Source: Myxococcota bacterium
GTDB lineage: Bacteria > Myxococcota_A > UBA796
Assembly: GCA_029251165.1 (NCBI GenBank)
Contig: JAQXDW010000052.1
Span: forward strand, 1,736-65,735
DNA: 64,000 nt
Direction: 5' to 3'
Shown here: in pieces, positions 45,582 through 54,425 of the stretch
Numbering within the stretch: position 1 is the stretch's first letter
Layout of the letters: every line of letters begins with the position of its first letter
Notes under the pieces: generated by a model
Databases searched by the model: none
The model's input: only the letters and a program-made list of their open reading frames with translations
Told to the model about the DNA's origin: nothing
Position numbers and translations under genes: made by a program

Positions 45582-46181
45582 CTACTCTGAGGGCGTGTCC
45601 GCCGGCTGCTCGCGGTCCCACGGCGTCGCGCACGTGCCCATCTCGCTGATGGTCGCGACGTCCAGCCCCGCGTCATGCCACGACTCCGCCGAGCGCTCCG
45701 AGAGGAGCGCGCAGGCCGCAGCGGCACGAAGCACAACCTCCTCAGCCGTCGTCATGAGTCCAGAGAGCACCTGACGTCCAGGCTCGTCGTGCGCGAGGCT
45801 GACGGCCATCGGCCGCCACAGCGGCATCGGTGCCGCAGCGATGTCCACAGCAGCAGACGAGATCTCGACACGCACCGCATCGGGCACGTCTGCCGCCGAG
45901 AGCGCCCACCACAGGATCTCGCGGCTCTCCACCGGCTTCTCGCTTGAGCGCGCGCTGCTCAGGAGACGGTCGCAGGAGACCTCACAGCGCCGCTGCATCG
46001 CCTCGATTCGCACCAGCTGACCGCCTGGCGAGCGCGGCGGGGGACGCAGTGCCTCCGACGCACTCGGCGGAGTCGGCACGCTGGGCACCACCGACGGAGC
46101 CGGCGCAGCAGGCGCGCCGACGACAGGGGGTGGGGTGACGGACTCAGCGGAACAGGCGAAGAAGAGGAGAGGCAGCATCAC
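45582..46181 (-). CDS. hypothetical lipoprotein
   Basis: MMLPLLFFAC lipobox, Pro-rich linker, good GC3. Confidence 0.7.
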   Translation of the reverse strand: MMLPLLFFACSAESVTPPPVVGAPAAPAPSVVPSVPTPPSASEALRPPPRSPGGQLVRIEAMQRRCEVSCDRLLSSARSSEKPVESREILWWALSAADVPDAVRVEISSAAVDIAAAPMPLWRPMAVSLAHDEPGRQVLSGLMTTAEEVVLRAAAACALLSERSAESWHDAGLDVATISEMGTCATPWDREQPADTPSE

Positions 46182-46223
46182 GGAATCATATCGCCTGGTG
46201 GATCTGGCTGGGCAGCATCCCGC

Positions 46224-46523
46224 TCAGTCGCAGTCCCAGACCGACGCGCAGGCCGCAGGGAGCGCAGCATCCGACGAGCCTGCCGGGCAGTCGATCGCGG
46301 CATAGTCCTGAACACACTCCTGCGCGGCGTCCGGATCGTAGGTGCAGGAGTCCGAGATCCCGGTGCGGCTGTCGGCGGCCACACGAAGGCACTCTGCGTG
46401 CTCCTGATAGGAGAAGCAGTCGGTCTGCCAGTCACAGCTCGCCGCGTCGAAGTCATCGAGGAAGGTCTCCTCGGGGTAAGAGCAGCCCGTCGCCAGCAGC
46501 AGGAAGGTCAGCATGCTCATCAT
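46224..46523 (-). CDS. small Cys-rich lipoprotein
   Basis: MMSMLTFLLLATGC lipobox and 9 further Cys in 99 aa. The start overlaps the stop of the upstream DUF2330-like gene (ATGA-type coupling). Confidence 0.7.
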   Translation of the reverse strand: MMSMLTFLLLATGCSYPEETFLDDFDAASCDWQTDCFSYQEHAECLRVAADSRTGISDSCTYDPDAAQECVQDYAAIDCPAGSSDAALPAACASVWDCD

Positions 46524-48073
46524 CCCTCCTCCCGCCGACGGATCGCACCGACTCCCAGCAGCGCCAGCGAGAGGATCACCACCGAGCGCCCAGCCCCCTC
46601 ACAGGCCATCGCGCCCGGATCGACCGCGGCGATGGTCGGCTCCAGCTCCCCGCTCGCCGCCCGCAGCCAGTACTCCGACGAGTAGCAGCTCCCTGGCTCT
46701 TCTGGGAGCTCATCGCAGACCGGCAGGAGGCCCTCCAGCTCCCAGCGGCGGATGATGTAGCGGACCTGCGCCTGGTCCTGGACCCGGGTGGGGTAGAGCA
46801 TGAGGTCTTGGGGAACGGACTGCGGGGTGTACCGCAGCCGCAGCCGGGTGACATGCCAGCCGTCCCAGGCGCTTCGCAGGCCGAGCTGCCACAGCTCATC
46901 CTCGGTGATCGGATCGCTGGAGGCATCGCGGGGATCCGGCTCTGGGCAGGGATCGCACTTCACCGCCGAGTCCACGCCGTTCAGCGACACCCCCCAGCTG
47001 TACTCCGTCGACCACGACAGCCCCGGCGTCTCAGAGGAGACCCCCGCAGCATCTGACCACAGCGCCTCGTAGGCATCGCTGAAGTCGGTGACCGGCTGGT
47101 CTGCATCCACATCGAGCATGCACTCGTCGCCGGGAGGATCGATCTCCGGGTAGTTGCTGATGCCGACCCGTCCATCAGCATGCGGAGTGAGCGTGTAGAC
47201 GATGAGGTCCTGCATCCCCGCAGAGGAGACGGTGCCGAGCCGAATCGGCAGGCTCCAGGCGGGCGTGTCGTAGGTCAGCTGGAGGGGAGAGAGCCAGTCC
47301 TGACCGGCGGGGACAAGCTCGGTGTTGATGCGCAGTGCCAGGAAGCGGCCCTCGGTGCTGATGTACTCATCGAGGAGCTCCGTGGCACCGCCGGGCATGA
47401 CGAAGTCGTTGTCGCTCAGCCAGCGAGTCAGACCCTCCGCTTCATCTGCACGCAGCACCCACAGCTCATACTCACCGAGGCTGAATTCATCCTCGATGAC
47501 CACACCGGTTGCAGTGTCGAGACGATCATCGGTGGTGTCCGTCTCAGAGAGGTAGGCCGTGCTGGGACCGCCACCGCAGCCGGAGGACGACGCGGATCTG
47601 CTGAAGCTGTCGCCGATGTCGGCCGTGTCGAAGACGCCCTCGCTGTCTGGGACCGCGACGCTTCGGCTCGACGAGGCCGAGCCTCCCGTGCCCGGCGCGA
47701 CCACCATGGGATCGATGGTGATGCCGTCGTCGTTGAAGAAGTCCTCGCAGGTGTACTGAACGAGACGGGGGGCAGAGTAGCGGTCGAGCCGGTCGATCAG
47801 CTCAGGCACGACGAGCCGGATGTTGTCGGAGTCGATGGTCGCAGAGACGGGGATGACCATGCCAAACGTTGAGGCATCCCCCTCAAAGTCATTGAACATC
47901 GTCAGGGTGGTGATCGAGCCTTCGCGGGCGAGGACGATCCGGCTCGCATTGTTGTGAATCTCGTCCCCCTCTGCGCCCACATAGGCCCCACAGAAGGCAT
48001 CAGAGAGGTCTGGGCAGAGCAGCCCAGCGGCCAGCATCAGTGGCATCCAGCGTCGCATGGTTGTTTCCTCCAT
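46520..48073 (-). CDS. DUF2330-like secreted protein with C-terminal TM/Arg sorting tail
   Basis: N-terminal signal then FCGAYVG motif. C-terminus ACEGAGRSVVILSLALLGVGAIRRREEG. The likely true start is MRRWMPL at 48058 (GGAGGAAACAACC before it). Confidence 0.85.
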   Translation of the reverse strand: MEETTMRRWMPLMLAAGLLCPDLSDAFCGAYVGAEGDEIHNNASRIVLAREGSITTLTMFNDFEGDASTFGMVIPVSATIDSDNIRLVVPELIDRLDRYSAPRLVQYTCEDFFNDDGITIDPMVVAPGTGGSASSSRSVAVPDSEGVFDTADIGDSFSRSASSSGCGGGPSTAYLSETDTTDDRLDTATGVVIEDEFSLGEYELWVLRADEAEGLTRWLSDNDFVMPGGATELLDEYISTEGRFLALRINTELVPAGQDWLSPLQLTYDTPAWSLPIRLGTVSSAGMQDLIVYTLTPHADGRVGISNYPEIDPPGDECMLDVDADQPVTDFSDAYEALWSDAAGVSSETPGLSWSTEYSWGVSLNGVDSAVKCDPCPEPDPRDASSDPITEDELWQLGLRSAWDGWHVTRLRLRYTPQSVPQDLMLYPTRVQDQAQVRYIIRRWELEGLLPVCDELPEEPGSCYSSEYWLRAASGELEPTIAAVDPGAMACEGAGRSVVILSLALLGVGAIRRREEG

Positions 48074-48122
48074 CAGGTCTCTTCAGTATTGCTGATTAAA
48101 GCACCCACTGACCACCCAACAA

Positions 48123-48172
48123 TGCACAAACCATCCCCCAATAATGGGCCTGACCGTGCATTTCTGGCACAA
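48123..48172 (-). promoter_or_regulatory. conserved 50-nt upstream element, copy 1 (also readable as a 29-codon Cys-rich micro-ORF, 48083-48172)
   Basis: tgcacaaaccatcccccaataatgggcctgaccgtgcatttctggcacaa matches 49063-49112 at 46/50 positions. The flanks are unrelated. Confidence 0.6.
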
Positions 48173-48288
48173 GATGTCCAGACGATCAAAAAACAGAAAA
48201 GCATGGTATCTAAACCACTCTCAAGGATGAGAGAAGCACAGACCATGCCAGAGAGGACGCTAATTCTGTATACTATCTGTTACGCTAT

Positions 48289-48999
48289 TCAATCACACGT
48301 CGGAGGGGTGAGGATGTAGTCCGTCCGAATCTCTGCACCGGCAGCGGGTGTGCTGGAGAGGGTGATGTGACTGTCTTCAGCAGAGAAGCTCCACTCCCCC
48401 TCCGACAGCGGTATCCCGTCGAGCTGCACCGCGAGCGTTCCAGAGACAGCCTCGGCGCTGAGCACGAAGCGATCGGAGGCACCATCGGCGATGAAGGTGT
48501 CGTCGCTGCGGTCATACACCAGCCCGCTGCCCTCTCCGCTCCAGGTCAGCGCAGGCTCCGCCTCGTCGAGGATGTAGAGGCTCAGCGTGACGACATCAAG
48601 CCCTTCATCCAGGGGGGCGTAGCGGACCAGGAGGTCGAAGCTGGTGCTGGGCTCAAGAGAGAGCGGGAAGGCGCCGTCGAGCTGGAGGCTGAACTCCTCG
48701 GGTGCCGCTGAGAGCCCGGCAACCGTGACCGCCGTGGCGGCGCTGTTGGTGACGGTGATGGATGCCTCGGTGACGCAGCCGACGGTCGTCTGAAGACCGA
48801 AGCTGAGGCTCCCCTCGGAGCTGGACAGGGCGACCGCGGTCGTCGTGGTGGCGGTGTCGTCACCAGCAAGCTCTTCACCCTCCTGGCCGCCATCACCGCT
48901 CCCAGTGTCCGCAGTGTCGAATCCAGAGTCGCTGCTGCCGGTGCCGGTGTCGCAGCCGAGCAGCAGAGAGAAGAGCAGAGAGGTTGTGGTTCGGTGCAT
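48289..48999 (-). CDS. hypothetical lipoprotein
   Basis: SLLFSLLLGC lipobox, Asp/Gly/Thr-rich linker, beta-rich C-terminal domain. Confidence 0.75.
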   Translation of the reverse strand: MHRTTTSLLFSLLLGCDTGTGSSDSGFDTADTGSGDGGQEGEELAGDDTATTTTAVALSSSEGSLSFGLQTTVGCVTEASITVTNSAATAVTVAGLSAAPEEFSLQLDGAFPLSLEPSTSFDLLVRYAPLDEGLDVVTLSLYILDEAEPALTWSGEGSGLVYDRSDDTFIADGASDRFVLSAEAVSGTLAVQLDGIPLSEGEWSFSAEDSHITLSSTPAAGAEIRTDYILTPPTCD

Positions 49000-49062
49000 G
49001 TGGATCTTCAGGGGTTGTGCCTACAATCTGCCCCTGAGGTGCACAACCCGCAAGTCCAGTGC

Positions 49063-49112
49063 TGCACAAACCATCCCCCAATAGAGGGCATCACCGTGCA
49101 TTTCTGGCACAA
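49063..49112 (-). promoter_or_regulatory. conserved 50-nt upstream element, copy 2 (micro-ORF reading 49008-49112)
   Basis: tgcacaaaccatcccccaatagagggcatcaccgtgcatttctggcacaa. Same position relative to the downstream gene start as copy 1. Confidence 0.6.
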
Positions 49113-49272
49113 CACGGTCGCACAATGCCGACCGACACGCTGCCGCCGAACACCGAGGAGCGGCTCACAGCGCTCCGAGGATACCGTTTGTAGACCGCCG
49201 GGTTCCCGCAGCAGCGTCGCCACACGGGTGGGAGTCCAGCGGCGCTTCTCCGACCGCTCCGAGAGCACCGCT

Positions 49273-49309
49273 CACTGCGGGTGACGACACTGCGGGTGAC
49301 GACACTGCA
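49273..49309. repeat. 2.5 x 15-bp tandem repeat (CACTGCGGGTGACGA)
   Basis: Exact copies at 49273-49287 and 49288-49302, and a partial copy at 49303-49309. Intergenic. Confidence 0.9.
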
Positions 49310-49396
49310 GGACGCCGGCGATCCAGCGGATCTCCTCCGACGCACGCTGCGGCCTCTCTTCCTGTGGCCTGACAGCCGCCTTCCCTTCCAGTCGCT

Positions 49397-49684
49397 TCAG
49401 CTGACCGGCTCCGGCGGCGCGACCACTGCCGAGATGGCGTGGAATGGAATCAGGCGGCGGTAGCGGCGGCCAGCATCGTCGGTGACGAAGTGGAGGACCT
49501 CGACCCAGTCCTCACCGACCTCGCCGATCTCGACCCGCGCCATGCGGTCGGTGTCGATCTCGGAGACCGGCAGCGGATCGACGAAGCCAAACGGACCGCC
49601 GCCGTTGAGCGGGCCGGCGCGCCAGGAAATCCCGGCGTCCTGTCCGGCGAGGAGGGTCGCGGCGATCTTGCTGCTGGCGGTCAT
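49397..49684 (-). CDS. hypothetical small protein
   Basis: 95-aa ORF with good GC3. No motif recognised. Confidence 0.6.
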   Translation of the reverse strand: MTASSKIAATLLAGQDAGISWRAGPLNGGGPFGFVDPLPVSEIDTDRMARVEIGEVGEDWVEVLHFVTDDAGRRYRRLIPFHAISAVVAPPEPVS

Positions 49685-49716
49685 GGCAGGCTCCTGTGTG
49701 GGTCAGGCCCCCTATC

Positions 49717-49816
49717 CTGCCGGACGGCACAGGCTGCTGCCGGACGGAACAAGCTCCTGCCGGACGGAACAAGCTGCTGCCGGATGGAACAAGCTGCTGC
49801 CGGACGAAACAATCTG
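49717..49816. repeat. 5 x 20-bp head-to-tail tandem repeat (consensus CTGCCGGACGGAACAAGCTG) in a divergent intergenic region
   Basis: Units at 49717, 49737, 49757, 49777 and 49797, with 0-3 mismatches to the consensus each. No spacers between units. Confidence 0.95.
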
Positions 49817-49909
49817 CTGGGTGGGGGGGTGCGGTGGAGAGCCCCAGACACAGGCTTCCGCATCACTGAGACTCCTCATCCCGGATCGACTCGGATACAG
49901 CACCAGTAC

Positions 49910-50479
49910 GTGGACGACCCCTACTACAGCCCCAGCCCGCTGCTCATCCTCGACCGCCCGCTGGCGCTGGTCGGCTTCCTCGGCGCGCGCGTCCCCCAGA
50001 CCGCCGCGATGTTCTCGGCGCTGACCGGCGTCCCGCTGCTGGATCTGGAGCGCATGGTGGAGCACCGGGTCGGCAGCAGCCTCGTCCGCTTTGTGCTCAC
50101 CGAAGGACTCGACGCACTGCACACCACCGAGGAGGCCCTGCTTCGACAGCAGCTCCGGCTCTCTCCGCCGCCGGTCCTCGCGCTCGGCCCAGCCACTCTC
50201 CAGCACCCCGCCAGCGCCCGGCTCATCCGTCGCCATGCCACCCTCGTCTACATCCAGCGCGACATGCTGGAGATGTACGGCAACCTGCTCGATGAGCTGG
50301 ACGATGCCTCAAGTCGCTGCTGGCTGATGGCCGGTCGGCGCCCGGGCTCTGTCGGTGACCTTCAGCCGGTCTTCGCCGGCTGGCGCGCCAGCTACGAGCG
50401 CGCTCAACACACCCTCCACGGAAGCGGCCGCTCCCCGACTGCCATCGCCAACGAGCTGATCGCACAGCTCCAGGCATAG
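49910..50479 (+). CDS. shikimate-kinase-like protein with degenerate P-loop
   Basis: In-frame GTG at 49910. LALVGFLGARVPQTAAMFSALTGVPLLDLERMVEHRVG parallels AroK (GxxGxGKT...LDxD), but GKT is replaced by RVPQT. The long track ORF from 49439 crosses the tandem repeat. Confidence 0.55.
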   Translation: MDDPYYSPSPLLILDRPLALVGFLGARVPQTAAMFSALTGVPLLDLERMVEHRVGSSLVRFVLTEGLDALHTTEEALLRQQLRLSPPPVLALGPATLQHPASARLIRRHATLVYIQRDMLEMYGNLLDELDDASSRCWLMAGRRPGSVGDLQPVFAGWRASYERAQHTLHGSGRSPTAIANELIAQLQA

Positions 50480-50510
50480 GAGGCTCGGCCGAGCCGGGCT
50501 GGCAGGAGAC

Positions 50511-51545
50511 TCAGTAGAGGATGTTGTCGATCGGCGTCTCACCGGGCGGCAGAGACTCCTCAGGCTCGTCGAGCATCTGCCGCAGGTCGCGCTCGATGGT
50601 CCGGCACAAGGCATTCATCGGCACGTCGCCCATGCTGCGCTCGAACGGATCCTCGCTGGCGTCTCCGATGGCCTCCATCGTCATGAACACCCAGGAGATC
50701 AGCGCCGCCGCAGCGATGAACGGCACGATGTAGATGACCTCATCGGCGGTCGACACCGCCGCGCCGATGTGGTCTGCAAAGACATCCAGCAGGCCAAACG
50801 GGACCAGCACAACGAAGACCCGGGTGAAGATGCGACTGTACTCCGCATACTGCCGAGGGAAAGGTGTGTTCTTGATGCGCTCTGCCTTGCCCTGGAGCGT
50901 GTACATCTCGGTGAGCAGATCCATCAGCGCGATCTGATGGAACAGGTTGACGTGCTCGGCCTCTTTCGCCGCAGCCAGTCGCGTTCCCTGGCGGGTGACC
51001 AGGTGCGTCGCCGAGTTCAGCTTCTGCTTCATCTCGGCATGCTCCTCAGCGGAGAGGAAGGGAGAGATCTCGGTGTCCCAGTCGTTGCGCATGTGCTCGG
51101 CATGCCGCTCCAGCCGCCGCTTCGTACTCCGAGCAGGCTTGTTGAAGAAGCGGGACTTCTTCCGCAGCTGGAGACGGACGGCGTTGATCCAGGCCAAGTG
51201 TCGGTAGATCAGCTCCTGGCGCAGCGCGTGGGCCTCGGGGGAGTCATCACCGGGCCGGACATAGCTCATCACTGCAGTCCCCCAGCTGCGGCTGGTGTTG
51301 ACCACCCCACCCCAGATCTTCCGTCCTTCCCAGAACCGGTCGTAGGAAGCGTTGTTCTTGAAGCCCACATAGAACGCCACCGCGATGCCGATCGTTGAGA
51401 GGGGCTGGAACGGAATGCGGAGGAACTCCAGCTGAACGAACGTATGCAGAGAGAAGACAATGCTGGCCCAGATCGCTGCAATGGTGACGGCAGGGATCGC
51501 AAAGCCAAGCGCAATAGAGGGTCGAATTCGACGTTTAGAGAGCAT
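50511..51545 (-). CDS. bestrophin/UPF0187 (YneE-like) family membrane protein
   Basis: Start MLSKRRIRPS at 51545. FKNNASYDRFWEGRKIWGG signature. Four TM helices. Confidence 0.85.
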   Translation of the reverse strand: MLSKRRIRPSIALGFAIPAVTIAAIWASIVFSLHTFVQLEFLRIPFQPLSTIGIAVAFYVGFKNNASYDRFWEGRKIWGGVVNTSRSWGTAVMSYVRPGDDSPEAHALRQELIYRHLAWINAVRLQLRKKSRFFNKPARSTKRRLERHAEHMRNDWDTEISPFLSAEEHAEMKQKLNSATHLVTRQGTRLAAAKEAEHVNLFHQIALMDLLTEMYTLQGKAERIKNTPFPRQYAEYSRIFTRVFVVLVPFGLLDVFADHIGAAVSTADEVIYIVPFIAAAALISWVFMTMEAIGDASEDPFERSMGDVPMNALCRTIERDLRQMLDEPEESLPPGETPIDNILY

Positions 51546-51832
51546 GCTTGGGGGTCTATCGTCATGCGCAGACCAGACCAGAAGACCGCATGCCAGCGAT
51601 GAGCGCGAGCAGGACGATATCCCCCATGAAGCGTAGGGCCCTAAGAGCACGGATCCACGGTTGCAGCATCAAGACGAGCAGGCCGAACGGAACCCATCGA
51701 AGGAGAGACTGCGCGGCGCCATTTAGCTCTCCCCCATGCACAGGCTGCAGCACACAACACGCTGCCGAGCGTCAGGCTCGCCCCTGCCTGAGTCTCCGTT
51801 ACGGTACCGGGCAGAACAAGCCTGGAGCCGAC

Positions 51833-52693
51833 ATGTCAGACTACACGCCCCCGAAAATATGGACCTGGGACAAGGAGAGCGGAGGAAAGTTCGCAAGCAT
51901 CAACCGCCCCATCGCTGGACCGACCCATGAAGCCGACCTGCCGAAGGGGGAGCACCCGCTGCAGCTGTACTCCCTGGCGACCCCCAACGGCGTGAAGGTC
52001 ACGATCATGCTGGAGGAGCTGCTGGCACTGGGCCACTCCGGCGCGGAGTACGACGCCTGGCTCATCCAGATCAACAAAGGCGATCAGTTCAGCAGCGGCT
52101 ACGTCGACGCCAACCCCAACTCCAAGATCCCGGTGATGGTCGATCACAGCCAGGATCCACCACAGCGGGTGTTCGAGTCTGGCGCGATCCTGCTGTACCT
52201 CGCGGAGAAGTTCGGAGCGTTTCTTCCGCAGTCTCCCCGTGAGCGGACCGAGGCGCTCAGCTGGCTGTTCTGGCAGATGGGCAGCGCGCCCTACCTCGGC
52301 GGCGGCTTCGGTCACTTCTATGCCTACGCCCCCGAGCCGATGGAGTACCCGATCAACCGGTTCGCCATGGAGACCAAGCGTCAGCTCTCCGTGCTCGACC
52401 GGCACCTCGCCGACAACGCCTACATGGCCGGCGAGTCCTACTCGATCGCGGACATGGCGATCTGGCCATGGTACGGCGCGCTGGCCAAGGGACTGCTCTA
52501 CAGCGCCAGCGAATTCCTCTCGGTCCACGAGTACACCCACGTCATCCGCTGGACCGATGCCGTCGCACAGCGCCCGGCGGTCAAGCGCGGTCGGATGGTC
52601 AACCGGGCCTGGGGCGATCCAGCCAGCCAGCTCCACGAGCGGCACAACGCCAGCGACTTCGAGACAAAGACCCAGGATCGCCTGAAGAAGTGA
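51833..52693 (+). CDS. yghU: Nu-class glutathione S-transferase YghU
   Basis: Near full-length similarity to E. coli YghU as I recall it: KIWTWDK.SGG.FA.INRP..GPTHE, HPLQLYSL.TPNG.KVTIMLEELLALG, GGGFGHFY.YAP, LHERH.ASDFET. Confidence 0.9.
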   Translation: MSDYTPPKIWTWDKESGGKFASINRPIAGPTHEADLPKGEHPLQLYSLATPNGVKVTIMLEELLALGHSGAEYDAWLIQINKGDQFSSGYVDANPNSKIPVMVDHSQDPPQRVFESGAILLYLAEKFGAFLPQSPRERTEALSWLFWQMGSAPYLGGGFGHFYAYAPEPMEYPINRFAMETKRQLSVLDRHLADNAYMAGESYSIADMAIWPWYGALAKGLLYSASEFLSVHEYTHVIRWTDAVAQRPAVKRGRMVNRAWGDPASQLHERHNASDFETKTQDRLKK

Positions 52694-52775
52694 TCGAGAG
52701 GCTGGGGTACAGCATGTCTACATTCCACCAGAACAATCCAGGAATGCGGTCATGACACCTCGCCCCATCTGCTCC

Positions 52776-52816
52776 CCTCCGCGAGCTCAGAGAGACAGCC
52801 TCTGAGCTCGCGGAGG
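52776..52816. terminator. perfect 17-bp inverted repeat (7-nt loop) downstream of yghU
   Basis: CCTCCGCGAGCTCAGAG-agacagc-CTCTGAGCTCGCGGAGG. No U-tract. Also insulates the downstream TIR locus. Confidence 0.6.
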
Positions 52817-52972
52817 GCGGAAGCAGTGCTCGACTGAGGACGGGATTGGAGGGTGCTGTGAGAGGGAAACCAAGTCTTTGAGCAATCCGCCAGTTCGGAC
52901 AGCTTGTGTCCGACATGATCCCCCCTCACCCGATACATCCTCTGCATCACCCCACAACAACGGGATCGTACG

Positions 52973-53278
52973 ATGGACATCAGCTGGGAACTTCGCGACG
53001 CTCGCCTCCAGAACCGGATCGCAGACTTCGCAGACCATGGCGTCTCGTTTGTCGTCGGCATCACCGCCAGCCCGGAAGATCGCGTCGATACCCTGGAGCA
53101 GGGCGGAGAAGACTACGACAAGATGATCGTCCTCTACCAGACCCGGAACAAGTCTGAGGTCCGACGCCTCAAGCAGGACCTCAGCGAGTACTACGATGGC
53201 TACTCCGACCCGACCGGTCGCGGCACCACGCAGGGGCCTCCGTTCTACGTCTACCTCTGCCGATACAGCGAGGCTTAG
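52973..53278 (+). CDS. hypothetical 101-aa protein with a weak GIY-YIG-superfamily-like signature
   Basis: Strong GC3 bias. GVSFVVGITASPEDRVDTLEQ...KMIVLYQTRNKSEVRRLKQDLSEYY...FYVYLCRY. A TCGGACA-N5-TGTCCGA dyad lies at 52895-52913 upstream. Confidence 0.75.
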   Translation: MDISWELRDARLQNRIADFADHGVSFVVGITASPEDRVDTLEQGGEDYDKMIVLYQTRNKSEVRRLKQDLSEYYDGYSDPTGRGTTQGPPFYVYLCRYSEA

Positions 53279-53329
53279 GCATCCCCAGGGATACGCAGCA
53301 GCAGCCGGGTGTGCTGCGTAGAATGACCC

Positions 53330-54211
53330 ATGCCTTCCCCACCTGCCCGACGCTGCATCTGCGGACGCTCTCAGACACCTCCCCTGTGCGATGGCTCTCA
53401 CAGCACTGATGGCTGGCGCTGCGTCGCAGCGACCGCTCCGGTTCATGCGCGGCTGTTCGTCGCTGCACCGCACAACGACAACATCGCCGAGCGGCTGGCC
53501 CATGCCCGCCAGGGGGTCGCGCTGCACCGCCTCGCAGGCCCCGTGGTGGCGGCATCGGTGGTCGTCATCACCGACGGCGCAGAGCTCGACCTGCTGACCA
53601 CCTCCCTGGGGCGGGTCTCCGGCCCTCGCGGCAGCCCGCCCAGGCAGCGGGTGGTGCTCCTCGGAGGCGATCCCGCGCTGCTGCGGGGCGCGTTCCCCGG
53701 CAGCGCTGTCGAGTCGGTCCCGGACGAAGGCCACCCGGTCCTGCTGTGGCGACGGCTCACACAGCTCCTCGACGCCTCACCACCAGAGCCATCCACGGAG
53801 CCACCTCCGAGGCTGTTTCTCTCTCACGCCACCGCCGATGAGCCCCTCCTTCAGCCGGCCATCGCGCTGCTGCGGCGGCTGGGGGTCTCTGTGTTTGTCT
53901 GCGGAGACTCGATCCCCGGCGGCGCGCGCTGGTGGGACACGATCCTCTCGTCTCTGCACCAGTGTGACCGGCTCGTCCTCGTGCTCTCCGAGGCCGCACG
54001 GAGGTCGACGTGGTGTGCCTTTGAGGTCGGGGCCGCTGCTGCTGTGGGCAAGCCCATCCGAGTCATCTCCCTGGATGGTCAGCCACCACCATCGTTTGTC
54101 AGCCACCTCCAGATGTTCGATGTTCCCCGCATGCTTCGCCAGCGTCCCTGGCTCACGCAAGAAGACTCCGTCCTCGAGGCCATCCTCTCTTCAAGCGTGT
54201 CCGAGTCATGA
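53330..54211 (+). CDS. CDGSH iron-sulfur domain / TIR domain fusion protein
   Basis: aa 9-24 CICGRSQTPPLCDGSH fits C-x-C-x2-(S/T)-x3-P-x-C-D-G-(S/A/T)-H exactly. aa ~161-265 RLFLSHATADEPLL...VFVCGDSIPGGARWWDTILSSLHQCDRLVLVLSEAARRSTWCAFEVG...PIRVISLDG is TIR_2-like with a conserved Glu (E232). Confidence 0.85.
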   Translation: MPSPPARRCICGRSQTPPLCDGSHSTDGWRCVAATAPVHARLFVAAPHNDNIAERLAHARQGVALHRLAGPVVAASVVVITDGAELDLLTTSLGRVSGPRGSPPRQRVVLLGGDPALLRGAFPGSAVESVPDEGHPVLLWRRLTQLLDASPPEPSTEPPPRLFLSHATADEPLLQPAIALLRRLGVSVFVCGDSIPGGARWWDTILSSLHQCDRLVLVLSEAARRSTWCAFEVGAAAAVGKPIRVISLDGQPPPSFVSHLQMFDVPRMLRQRPWLTQEDSVLEAILSSSVSES

Positions 54212-54425
54212 GGGGATGCTTGGATGCCACCGAACGCCTGCCGGCAGGCACGGGAGCAGGGCACAGGACTCCAGCGGAGCCCCCGCCAGCGGGCACCACC
54301 TTCGCGACCGCTGCTGCGTGGCACCGGAGGAGGCTGACGCCATGCTCGGCGGTCGGCCCATCACGCTGTCCGGGACGACCGTCTGATAGACGTCACCAAC
54401 CGGAGCACTCCCGAAGCGTGTCCTC

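Noticed and set aside
48161-48180. TGGCAC inside the conserved 50-nt element considered as a sigma-54 -24 box.
   Set aside because: It is on the strand opposite to the downstream genes. No TTGC(A/T) follows at the required 5-nt spacing in either copy.
49717-49816. The 20-bp x 5 array considered as a CRISPR.
   Set aside because: The units are directly adjacent with no spacers. The repeat is shorter than CRISPR repeats. No cas genes are in the window.
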